Origin: Takakia lepidozioides
Taxonomy: Eukaryota; Plantae; Bryophyta
Length of the DNA: 64,000 nt
NCBI GenBank assembly: GCA_030704615.1
Contig: CM060734.1
Location: 33,852,001-33,916,000 of the forward strand
Direction of reading: 5' to 3'
The translations under genes were made by a program, and so were the position numbers. This document shows positions 46,944-59,305 of this stretch, piece by piece. The notes under the pieces were generated by a model. It was not told the origin of the DNA. It did no database searches and saw nothing but the letters and a program-made list of their open reading frames with translations. How positions within the stretch are numbered: position 1 is the stretch's first letter; the number at the start of each line of letters is the position of its first letter.

Positions 46944-48989
46944 AAGGATGATGCTTTCCGAAGGAAGCATGTGTCTCTTGACGTCGTCTCTCCCACTATG
47001 TCTCCCACTATGTACATGTTCTTTTTTCAACAATGGGAGAGTGCATTTCAAGCAAGCGGCTAATTGTGTATGGCTTCTATTTGTGAATAGTGGAATTTAC
47101 TATTATCCAGAAAACACTTCTTGAAAATTCATCCATTTATTTTTCAAATAATAAATATGTTCCTTGAGGGAGGTGTTACCTAGAGAAGGCACATTAGGAA
47201 GTAGTTTTCAGCAAAGGATAGGAGGTGGGGAAGGAGGGCTTAGCAATTTTTGACACTGATGTAGTCTCCTATTTAGAATAAGCCCCCAAGTTTGCAGGGC
47301 TCGGTTTATTCTAGAGTGGTCCAGGAATTAAATAGGGGGGCTAATCTAATAAGGCCACGTGTATTAAGGAATGAAATGAAGGGTCCTAAAACTAAGGATC
47401 CCAAGGCGTTAATCGGGAAGGTCAGAAAGACAAAGACCAATGGCCCAGCCAATGGGGAGGTTGGGCTGGGCCGCTGGAACGTGCGAACAATGAGGGCAGG
47501 TGTAGGTCGCTATGCAGAAATAGCATAAAGTTCTAGAAAAAACGACGGGGCGGTGGCCTCTGGAAAATTTGAGAAGTACCTGCGATCTGGAAACTTCTTC
47601 TCGAGCTTCGTAGAACGACGAGGAGGCGAGAGAGCAAGAGTGGTGAGCCACCGTGCAGGGTGCAAGCTAGGGTGGTGGGGGTGCGGCAGTGACATGTTGC
47701 GACAAGGACGAGCCGTGGTGGGCCCAACGAGTTGCATAATGAACAAGCTAGTGTCGAGTAGCCTCTATGGTTCTGTAAGTAGATTCAATACATAGTGTTG
47801 TTACTCCAATGCAAACTTTGGTTGCTCAGCAGGTTCCCTATATCGCCGTTTCTGGCATAACTCGTCCGATTTTACATTTGTGTGTTTTTTCCCTTGTAAC
47901 TTTGAAATGTTTATACTTGTAAATAAACTTCTAGACCATCAGGTATTAAATCGAAACAACAATAACCCTATAAATCCCAAGAATAACGGGGAGCTAATTA
48001 TAACCAAATGTTATTTTTCAATGGTTATTCAGTCTTTCTTGAAACCCTTGGTTCACCATTGGCTAAAGTACGTAAGCCCTAAATCAATGACCAAAGCACA
48101 CAACAACACTTCATCCTATAGCCAAAACATATCTTGGCGCAACTATACCTTTACCATGGTATCATAGTGATGGCTTTGAGGATGAGGAGACAACCATTGA
48201 TAATATGCATGATCATGATGGATGGAATGCACAAGGGTGTGAGGGTCATGGGGTGTTTTTGACATGTGACCACTATCTCTGAATTTTGTGTGGTTTGATA
48301 ATGAGGCTGCTGATGTGGTGGGACCCACCACCTCATTAACTCCTACCTCCATGGAGATTAATCCCCAAACGCCCGCGAGGCCGGAAACGGGCCGTTTCAA
48401 TTTGTTTTATTGCTTATAAAATCCGCAATTCTGAGTCGAGTGCGACATTCTTTGGTGCGCAAAAAGGCCCTCTGCGTCAGCTACCTGCATGCAAAAGCGA
48501 TTTGTCAGCAACCGTTTTAGGGCTGAGATAGCCCTACAACTGTGTTAGCTTTGCCTTGGAGTGGGAGAGATAGAGCTTACTTTGATTCATAGAGTTGGCT
48601 ATCAAGCTTTAGGGTGTAATGGCTGTCCTCAATCTCCCCCTACACCTGAGCATCTTGTGAAAGAGACGGCTGTTAACTCATCTTGGAGAGGCTTAGGTGC
48701 TTCAGACGGCCAAGTTGCTCAACTTATTGGGGCACTGAATGAGGATTACCTACTCTCCCTCAAACACCCTCCTGGAGTGTCTTGGCCAACATTCCCACAG
48801 CCGAGCAATTTTCGTTATTTGTGGCGTCGCAAAACAGCAAAACTTAGAGAATCGCTTGGATAGATGGATGTTGGTCCACTTGTGGTATAGTTGGTTAGCC
48901 AGTCGTTTGGATAGATGGTTCTTGGTCATTGTTTGTAGTCGTCGTAAATGGCCCATGGGGCTAGGGCAAAAGCTGGTCAGTGAGGCTCG

Positions 48990-49320
48990 TGCTTTTGGTA
49001 TTTGCTGGATACATTGTGTGCTGGATACTTCACCTCAACAGGTTTTTGTACATGATGTTGGGCTGATGTAGCAACAAATTACTTTTGTAAGAGTAACTTG
49101 GCTGTAGGTTTTGGTATGTCACGTTGGGCTATTGCAGCAACAGCTTATTTGGTTGTAGGGAATGCTGGTGTAGTAACAAACTATTGTTGTACGAGTTGGC
49201 TGTAGGTTTTGATACATGTACTTGGGCTGTTCTAGCACCGGTTTTCTGCTTGTAGGGAGTGCTGTAGCAACTTTGGCCTGATGTGATTACAACTTGTGTA
49301 TGCTGTAGCACTATTATAAG
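48990..49320. repeat. Degenerate tandem repeat (TTGGGCT..GTAGCAAC units)
   Basis: Recurring TTGGCTGTAGGTTTTG / TGTAGCAAC motifs. Confidence 0.55.
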
Positions 49321-49585
49321 TAGTAGTAGTAGGTGTTAGTGCAATATTATGCTTGTTAGATTAGTGTAGTCCACTCTCCTCTCCGGGCGGGGGTGCACAC
49401 AAAGAGGGGGGAGATTTTTCCCTCATTGTGTTCATATATGGGCTGCCAAAGGGGCAGTGTTACGGGTTCAAATCCCACCCATATAGAGCTATTGTAAGCA
49501 TATATGGCCTCTTTCCCAAACAGTAGAGAGATCTCGATTTGGTTACAACATGGAGCTGTAGATCTCTTACCAATTGTCACATTTA

Positions 49586-50128
49586 GGCCCCCGCCGCACC
49601 AGCCTGCTATCGCCTGCTACACTCCTACTAACTACTGCTACATAGAAAATTGCGGCCGCACTAACATGTTTAAAATGTTTTAGCCATAACTGTAGTTATC
49701 TATCCTAAAAACTTCCTTCCTACTTTAGAGCGAATCTAGCACTACCCCCGCCCCTAGTGCTAAATCTAAACAGGCGCGCCGTTTTTGGGCAGATGCCCAC
49801 GCCATTCTCTGCCATCGCCATTCCCATTCGCCATTGAAAGCCTCGAGTAATGTGCAGCATTGTGCTCCTAGCTCATGATCTTGTCTCGTCTTGTCTCGTC
49901 GTTGCTCCTTTGGCTATGGCGAAAAGAAAGGATGCGCGATAATATGGCGAGAGGAAGTCGGGCAGGGCAGGCGAACGCATGTTTAAAACTAACAATATGC
50001 ACTTAAAAACATGTTAAGCTAAAATGTTGGTGTGGCAGGGATATTGTTAGTTGGAGCAGCTGTTATGAAAACGGGCCTGCTAACCGTTAGCAGGTGTTCT
50101 ACGCTAACAGCCCGGTGCGGCGGGGCCC
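49586..50128. mobile_element. MITE (PIF/Harbinger Tourist-like TIRs)
   Basis: TIR GGCCCCCGCCGCACC / GGTGCGGCGGGGCCC with further imperfect inverted symmetry; left flank TTA, right TSD not preserved. Confidence 0.6.
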
Positions 50129-51167
50129 GAGGATCCAAAACTTTAGTACCCCCTCTACTTTGAGTAACCACCCTCGGATGTAGTCTTGGCCAAATGGCAT
50201 AAATTTTTCATAGACAGCTGCGGTACCTCATGTAGATGAAAAGCTGGATCCACCAGCCTCATCCGATTCAATCCGTCATCCAAATCTACAAAAAACCATT
50301 TTTTTCAGCAGAAAATTAATACCTGTAAAAAAATCGGGCCCACCTGCAATGGTGGCGTTCTTGCAAATGTGGTCCAATTGGCCCTAATCCTGCAGGAGTA
50401 GGTGATCAAATTTCCAAAATTGTAAAAAATGAATAAATTACCAACAGGGGTCAGTCTTTTCATGGAAAGATAAAGATAAAGTTTCTTTAACGTCCAGTGA
50501 ATTTACAGAGCCTAACTGCTCAACACACAGGCCATCGAGGGCCCAATGGACGGTCTGAAGGTACATGTTGAAGGATTGAACCCAGGATCACCTCGGTTAT
50601 GCACAGGCAAGGCACAAGCTACCTGGTCAAGCTCATGGAAAGTCAAACTAACCCTGCGGGTGCTCAGGGGTTAACTTGGTTAAGGACTGATTATTTTGGG
50701 CTTAGGAAATTTATGACTATCTCCATGCAGGTAGCTGCATGATTTCCTCAGTGAAGAGGTAAAAACTAAAAACAAGTTGAACCACCTTCATGCGAATAGT
50801 CATAAACTACCTCCATGGGGTTTATATGCCACTGTCCAAATCTTGGGCATAGGTATATGTGGATAAGTAAGATCAGTAAAATCCTGACCGGAGAACTCTT
50901 TCAGGATCTGGGACCTCTCTCTAGGGCCAGGATTTGAGACACGTGCCTTGTCCCCTAAATATTGGGGAAAAATTCAGTGATCTGCAATTATAGCCCTCCT
51001 ACCTGAGCAAATACATAGATTGACGGCCCTGGAAACTCTTTATGGAAAACATAGAGCCCACCCCTCCCCGCCCCCAAAACAAAACAAAAGGGGCCACTAT
51101 GGGCAAGCGGAAGAGGCTATTATTTACTCTTAACTTCGGTTGAATGTATATATGGAAAGTCCCCATT

Positions 51168-51328
51168 TTAACAAGCCTCAAACTCGCGATGGGCTCTCAT
51201 GCTTTGGCGAGGAAGGTAGGAGTATGGAGCATGACACACCAATCGGCCATGTAAGCTCCATTTACCACATTTTCTCCATCGGCTTGAACATGATCAGTAG
51301 TCTCTCTCTACAAGAGAGCCAACAAAGA
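51168..51328. repeat. Short dispersed repeat (other copies 57155-57340 inverted and 57607-57775)
   Basis: Shared AACAAGCCTCAAACT..GCATGAC..ACCACATTTTCTCC..AACATGAT..AGTCTCTCT..AAGAGAGCCAACAAA. Confidence 0.7.
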
Positions 51329-52579
51329 GAAAATTTTCAACCAGCAGCTGGTCGATCAGTTGGATAGTGTACTTTGAGGCACCTGAGTGCTTTCGAGCTC
51401 GACTCCTGCCACCTTGTCCTGTTTGGTGTGGGGACGGTGTCTCCTCTATGCTTCATGGCTTCTATGAAAGGAGGATAGTTTTTCTTCCTCCTCTGTAAAG
51501 AAATCTGCATGTCGGACGGTAGCTCCCAGCTAAAATGAAAATGAAAAAGAAAAAGAAAAGAATAGCTTGTCAACCTGGCTTCGATACGCCAAATTTGAGC
51601 CACCGCATTCAAGTTTTTTCGTTTTTTTTTCGCAGTATGAGACTTGAAGCGACTTTCACATCCCACAGAAAGTTTTGTATATTATTGCCGGCCCGACCAC
51701 ATATGCAGCGATCCATCTTGGAACCCAGCGGGAAGCTCCAGCCACCGCGTTCTTCATAAGGGTCTTTTGAGCAGAGGCATAGAGCTTGGATCTGCTGTCG
51801 GTAATGGCAGGGGAAAGAAAGCTAATCGTAGTACGCTAGCTGAATAGCAGTAACTAGGAGGATATAACGAAACCTGTTTATGAGATCTGGATCCCGTCTT
51901 GGACTTGCAAGGTTTTTGGGAAGGCCAGTGCACCACTATATATTCTCGCGATAGATGTCAATCTCTAGGACAGATCACTTTTTCCTGCTCAATAAGGGAG
52001 GTTGAGACCCAATTCCAGCAGCAACCTTAACTTCATCGATCTCTGCTTCCCATTTTCTGTCATCTGAGCTATACTTCCCTAGACGATATGCAGGTTATGA
52101 AGTGGTTGAACAGTCTAAATTGCCTTGGTACACGTGCAGTCTGTGTGGCTCGACTAATGTTTCCTTGGCTGTGTCCTTGATCCAAAGGTCCGGGCTGCTC
52201 TTACTAGCTAGTCCGCTAAACTCATCTATACATTCTCCTCCTATTCAATCGTTGGACATTAACCTCTTCAATCTCTCTTCTTTTCCTGATCTTCGTCTGG
52301 ACTAATTTCTGTGGAGCTTGGCCTCTTTGTGCAGCTTTCGATCTTTGCTTGTTGTGGTTCTGCGGTGTCTCGTGGCCGTTCTGAGCCGTCGACCTCACGC
52401 TGCACTCGATGTAGTAGAATTTTTCAAATTCTCGAGATCGGTGCCTACCGTGCTCCTGCTAGTCCTTAGCTGGGTGGGTGTATCCTCGGTGTATCATTGG
52501 CCATTCATTAAAGCTTTGCTGTAGATTTCCCTTCAATTTTATTGTACGAGTGTCGATTACGTGGCTTGGGGAGATTAAA

Positions 52580-55500
52580 ATGCCAGAGAGCATGGACTGT
52601 AAGGAGAAAAAATCCCTGAGAGCTTTCAAACGGCTAATCATTTTCCAAGACATAACGTATGAACTACCGGTCCATCCAACCTGTGCCCTCTTCTACTCTA
52701 TCACCTTTATTTTAGCCAGTATTGCGGTGAGCATCCTCATAATTGTAATACAGGTGAAGCACTGGCCGACGTCACTAAGGCATTTCAACAGTAACAGTAT
52801 GAGCAGTTCTGCTACTGGATACACGTGTGCTTGCAGTGTACCCGCAAACCTTCAGGACAAACCTGTTGATACTCTTCCCAAGAATCAGCTTAGGCGATGT
52901 TATAATCCATCGGATTTAACAACCGTCACTATGGTGCAGTTCTCCTACGGTACTGCACCAGACTTACCAGAAATAGTGAAAGATTTCAGTCCGGGGGTGA
53001 TCTACAATTCAACTGTCAACAATGCATACGAGGTGCGACAGACACCAAAAGAGCTCAATTTGTGGAACGGAGACAGTAATGGGACACTGTGGCCCATTTG
53101 CAGCGGCATTCCTTACTCAGGTGATGTGTACATGTCCTTAATTTGAATCAGATTGAAAACTGTTGACCGACTGAGAATGATCGAGTTTTCTCTGTTAGTT
53201 AGCAACGCAATGATCTGCAAGCTGTACGTACCATACAATTATACTTATGGAGGTCACTTGAAATGTTAGTGTCAGGTCTCTCGTCAGTCAACATCCAGTG
53301 ACATTGGCTGTTGTTCAAAGACTGCGAGTGAATCAAGAGTCGAGCCAACTTTCATTTCCAGACTCCTAGGCTGAGCCGTCTGTCGATATGTTGTCACCTG
53401 ATGGACTATATAGTGTGAGCGTCTGCGTCAACATAGTTGCATACATGTATATTTTCATCATGCTATGCATTCATGTAACTAGAAAATTTCGCACACATCT
53501 GATTTGCTGAGTCCGTCCAATAAATCGTGCTTTGATTTTTGTGGTCCTTGATGTATCACTTGATTCCTAATACGTGAGGATACAACCCTGAAAAAGGCAC
53601 TCCATCGAAAGAAGGGAATTACAAGTTTCCCTTTGGTATCCTTGAGGCTTCCTGCTGGCGTCCCATCTCTGCCCTAGTCACTCTCTCTTGCTCGCTCTCT
53701 CTTTGAATCTAAGAGAATCGGGAGAGCGCAAATATTTAGCATTCATAATGTTAAGGCAATTTTCCTTGACCGGCTTCAAAACTGACTCTGAGGTCTACCG
53801 GAATGTGCACGAGAAGCCGAGCTGTTAATAATTCATTCTAGTCCTGATGAACTGTAGATTTGTTCATGGTTGTGGCGGCTGGTTGTTGTTGGGGACTCTG
53901 CTTTTCTGTTCTGTTTCTCTTATCCTTTTCCCCATCCATTTAAGTGAGTTGATCTTGCGTGAATTTCCCCTCTTTGATCTTTCCCCCTCTCACTGGTCTT
54001 ACCTTTGTGGTCACACCGCTGCTATACGCGAGTTCACATATATACCTTTTTAAGTTGAAGTATTTGGCGCGGTGGTTCTCATTTCCAAGATTTCAACAAA
54101 AGTCTCCTAGGTAGGATCTACGGATCTTTGGGTTTCGAGACTACAAGATCTTCGCATATTATGTACAACCTCTTCTTTAGAAAATCGTCTAGGTAGTTAT
54201 GCGCTGCATCTTTCGGATTCCCTGATATCTGGCTCGGAATTTATGCAGATACAACCTTCAACTTCGATTTGAGCGACCCCAAGTTGCCTGTGTACTTCGA
54301 CTATCCCCTCAGCTACATGCGAATGGTGATAGAGTACAACTGCACGGACTGCCAGCAATTCGGACCTGACACGATCCTGCAAAATGTCGTAGAAAGGGCC
54401 GATAGCAGTTGGCTAGACCTAAGCAAATGGATCAGTTGCTCTGGATATGGAGTAAACGTCAGCAAGGACCACCCCTGTAAGTCGAGGCATGGCGGCTACC
54501 ATGGGCGATGCGCCTTATATCCAACTTTCGACATATCCATGTCCAATCGCCTAAACAAGTTTTTGAATGGGCTGCAAAACAAGTCAAAGTTCGGTGGTCA
54601 CCTCACAATTACTTCGAATGGTTCAGCGTTGCGACCGCCCGGCATCGAGATGCACTCGAATGTCATATACTATAACTCTAGCCTGGTGAGATACGCCTCT
54701 TCCCAGTTTACATCCCTGTGCATTCAAAGAGGGTCCAGATATCGCAGATAGAGCAAAATATGGACCAGATAGATTAGTGGAGAGCTAAGTCTAGTCGAAT
54801 AGGTGAGATGCTGCTTCTCGAATCATGTACTGTGATGTAGTATTCTGGTCACCATCCACTTATTATAACATGTCGGTTTGGAATGTTATGTAATCTGTAG
54901 AAATTATGCTACCATGGACTAGTTGGGGAAGAGGGATCCATCAATTACTGAATACACGACGAGTTGGTTAACAATGCACTTGCAGATTACAGAAAATCAG
55001 CCGCTCACGTATGGCTACCTGGAGGTACAAAAAGCGTCTACCATGTGGACGACCCTGGCAGCTGGGTATCCAAATCTAGCGCAAAGTTGTAGTAATCTGG
55101 CCATGGACAACGCGACGCAGATTTGCAACGGGACAGCCTTCTGCAATGTATACAAAGCGCTTGGGGAAAATGGAGTCTCCATTCCGTCACTCTCTTGCAT
55201 GGACTTTAGGGACGATTACGAAACGTGTATACTTATGGCCAATAGCACTGGGAATGAGCATCTCCGTAAGAAACTGTGCACTGCACCTTATTCTCCATTT
55301 TGCCAGCTGGTCGCTCCCTTTCAAGTTCATTACACCCTCACCACAAATATGAGTGCACTTGATACACGCTTTATCTCCGATGAAATGACAAAGATGTGGA
55401 ATACTACATATTTGAGAGGAGTTTGCAGTAACGATTACACAAATCGATTACGGTATGATTCGACGACATTGGGGAGGCCTGTCCTCCTGGAGTTGACTTG

Positions 55501-56669
55501 CACCGAAGTATATACGTCCACTTCTGCAGTGTGTACCTTGACTGGAAGATACAATGACCTTAACGATAGCTACAATCAGGACCCACGAAACCTATCCGAG
55601 ATCTCTCACTTCACCACGCCCTCGTACGTGTGCTACAAGGTTAGTGCCTTGTTTCTCATGCTGTAGTAGTGCTATTAAGATTCAATCCATCACTCTAGCG
55701 AATAATTTGGGGAGTGAGTCCCTCAATTGTACCTCACTTCTGATCCAGAGGGACCAAACTGCTGTGTGTGTGCCTCGGCTCATTTCGGAACCAGTTGTGG
55801 ACCTTTGTACAGCCCTGCTCGACTCTATCTCATGATTCATCAATGTGATCAGCGTTCAAGCATACTCTGTACTTATCTTTGTTCAAGATATAGGTCTTCC
55901 AGTCATGTTCTATTCTCCCACCATGAGAATTCTGTTTCTATTCCCTAACAAGCCTTCAGTATATAATATATACTTGTTGAGACAGAGCAAAAACTCTCCA
56001 GGGGCACTTTGGAGTTTCTTGAGTCCAATTAATTAGCACAGTGTCCAGACTGATACATATAAGCAGGCTCTGTCACAAGCGCCATGAACAGCCTGGGAAA
56101 CTACAGATCAATTAAATGTTAGTGGAGATGAAATATCGCAAATTAGAAGTAGTGATATTTTTCAGATTTTCTGCTACTATCACGGAATGGGTTGATATTG
56201 TTCAATCAACGGAATTGATGGCTCAAAATCTATACAGATTGAGTCAGTATATGATTCAGAATATACATTTAAGATTTTCTGGAGATTTCTGACGTTCTGG
56301 AGAATAATTGCAACTCTGCAGGTGGAACCTCAAGTTTGGTGGTCATATGCTATCACCATCTTTGGAGTCATCTCTGGCTGGATATCAGCAATTTACGCAG
56401 TCTTCAATCTGGCCTTTCCATTGGTAATTTACGTAGTCTTCAAACTACCCCAAATTGTAAAGGGAGTACTACGGAATCCCCAACATGAACAGAAAGTGGA
56501 GTCGGATGACCCCGATCAGGATGTCAAACATGATAAAGACTCCGAGGCTTCCGACGACGAGGACGATCCAGGGTCCACCTCGCAAAGTTCAAGTATGGTT
56601 CAGTCGGATGTCAGCACCTCTGAAGGTTCAAATGCAGTTGTCAGTGATGTTGAGCGCCAAATGCAGTGA
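52580..56669 (+). CDS. Uncharacterised membrane protein: N- and C-terminal TM helices around a large Cys-rich, N-glycosylation-sequon-rich domain (exons 52580-53120, 54249-54685, ~54901-55639, 56322-56669)
   Basis: Long open frames; introns 1 and 3 are phase-compatible GT-AG; TM1 ALFYSITFILASIAVSILIIVI; TM2 WWSYAITIFGVISGWISAIYAVFNLAFPLVIYVVF; acidic tail; exon 2-3 junction unresolved. Confidence 0.65.
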
Positions 56670-57545
56670 GTCCTTGACCTGCGTTGGAGGCAATATGAGG
56701 GCGATACCCAGACTACTTACCATGCACATGGACGTTCGCAATGCAGTTTTGTTATCCCTTTGGAGGGTGGCCCGGGGTAAGAAGTCGTGTACTATTGAGC
56801 TGTCCAGGGAAATGCATATGATTGTTTATATCTATTTTTATTTGCCTTTTTTTGTTTTTAAGGGAAAGGGGAGATACCCAAGTTGTTAGTTTTATTAAAG
56901 ATTATTGGAGGGAAAAAAATTAAAACCCTTACATGCCCGAAGGCTGCCATGAGGCCTGAACCGTGCTGGAGATACCAATGGTAAATGGCCCTGCTTGACA
57001 GCAGGTGACTGGGCCAGAGCCCAATACATTGATAGAGTGGGAGAATTCATGTACCCATATGTAGTTGAAAGTTTGTAAATTGAAGGCCCAGCTTCTCAGC
57101 TGGCTGCTCAGATTTTTTCTCCACTGCTTGATTGCAAGATAACATTTATAATTTTATTGGCTCTCTTGTAGAGAGAGACTTTGAAACATGTTCAAGTCAA
57201 TGGAAAAAATGTGGTCAAAAGGACCTTACACCGTTCAAGGCTCCGATTGGTGTGTTGTGCTGAGTCATGCCCCTTTACTCTCACCTTCCTCTTATGTTTT
57301 GCCAAAGCAAGAGAGCCCATTGCCGTTTTAGGCTTGTTCATTTAGAAGGGAAACAGGCCGGAGCGACCGCTAATTGTGGCAAATCAGGCCTCTCTCTTAA
57401 TTATAGTGAGAAGAGAACAATAACCTCTTTCAAGGTGGCCTTGCCTTGAAGGCCCAAGGGCCCAGTATAAGGCTCATGGGACAAATTAAGACCTTCAATC
57501 CACACATTTGAAAGGAAGTACTTTCTTTCAGGCAGTTTGCTCATT

Positions 57546-58800
57546 TCAACAGCAATCCCCACAAGAACAAGCCCACCTTAGATAGTGAGAGTGGTTGGCA
57601 TCTTGTATAACAAGCCTCAAACTGCAAAACATAAGGGGGAGGTGAGAGTAGGGGCATGACTCAGCACAACACATCAATGGAAGCCTTGACACGGTGTAAG
57701 ATCCTTTGACCACATTTTCTCCGTTGACTTCAACATGATGCATAGTCTCTCTTCGACTGAAGAGAGCCAACAAATGCTTGCCCAACAGTCTGTGACATGA
57801 GCTTGTGCCATGAGCCAGTTACCATGCACCTGAAGGTTCTTCATGACAAACACATGTCTCGAGGGCCGTACTGATCATGAGCCCAAAAGCAATGGCCAGC
57901 TTCTCATAAACAAAAATTCCTTTTTGCACATCATGTAATGCAAAGCCCCTGTTAAGCACAGGAATTGAAAGTGAGATAATTGGTTGTTCAGTCTTGTGAG
58001 AAAGAATAATTTTGCTTGGTACTAGGCCTCAGGATAAAAGTCAGCTATGGCTGACCAAAACAGTGCTATTTGTAGGTGTGGACAGCTCCAGTGGGGCAGG
58101 CAGGTGGGTTGCCCAGTTTGTGGGGTGACTTGTTGCTAAGTGCATAGATAATGGACCTATGCACCTGTTTGCAGCAACCTGCCTCCTTCCTGACACCTCT
58201 CACCTTCAAAAAGACTCACCCTAGCAATATCGAGTCACCTGCCACCCACGGCCAAGATAGCTGACAGCAGCACATGAATGGCAGTGTGCCATGGACGCCA
58301 CTTGAGAATGCATTTTGCAAACCTTCTGCCACCTCCACATTCCCATGAATTGTGCTGACACCAAAGGCTCCCATGAGATACACCTCATTCAGTCGGCATT
58401 TTGTGAATGAAGTCCTCAACCTTATCGAATTGCCTGTCACCAGCCAAGAAGATCCACCATTCAGCAGGATGCTCCCCTGCATGAGCAAGGCCATGATCTT
58501 AACTGGAATCAAATTAGTGACTGCTCATCCTCCAGGCATGACTGGCAGCAGATATAAGCACATATAAGTCAAACCATCCCAGCTTAGTCCTTTCTATTGC
58601 ATTTGTCTTAATACTTCACCTATGCTGAACATATCCAGGGTTGGTCACATATCTCAGGCCAGAATTTTGTGTATCCTCAATACCTCCACATGGCTTATTC
58701 GAAAAGGGCAGTGTCCACCATGGTATTTGGCACATTTCAGACTTTCATGATGTCAGCATGCACCTGTTTTGACCTTCTGGCAGGCTGGCCCACACCACAC
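57546..58800 (-). pseudogene. Decayed PPR-E-DYW paralogue
   Basis: Remnants MGAFGVSTIHGNVEVAE (E domain), [27 protein letters not shown]...CSCGDCC; interrupted by repeats. Confidence 0.75.
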
Positions 58801-59305
58801 TTTTAACACAACGGACATGACCTGGTCAAATGTCCCCCTTTTCAGCCTCAATGACACTCCCTGTGCTGGGTATATCCTGCAGTCATTGCTCTCGATGACA
58901 CATCTCATCACCATATTGATCGCCATCACCCTTTTCAGCCTCAATAACACTCCCCATGCTAGGCATGTCCTGCAATCGTAGTACTCAATGACACATCTCA
59001 CATACCATATTGCTGAACACTCAAATTGTATTCTTCATGCTGCATTGTCTTATCTGACTGAATATTGGAGGTTCTCATCTAAATTCCTCAAATTTGATTG
59101 CCCACAAACTCTATCACAGTTTGGAGAATGAATGGATGAATCGCCTTTGTATATCATTGATTTAATTTGCCTCAGTCAGATTTAGGGAGAACATGAACAG
59201 CACATACTCTGCCTTCGCATTCATCCCCTAGAAAATTGAGGCCGTCCATCCATGCCAAGAACTTTCCAGTTTGAAGGCAATACTCTTTCATGCAAGTTGC
59301 TCAAT

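Noticed and set aside
49354-49581. Solo LTR (TG...CA)
   Set aside because: No TSD and no second copy in the window
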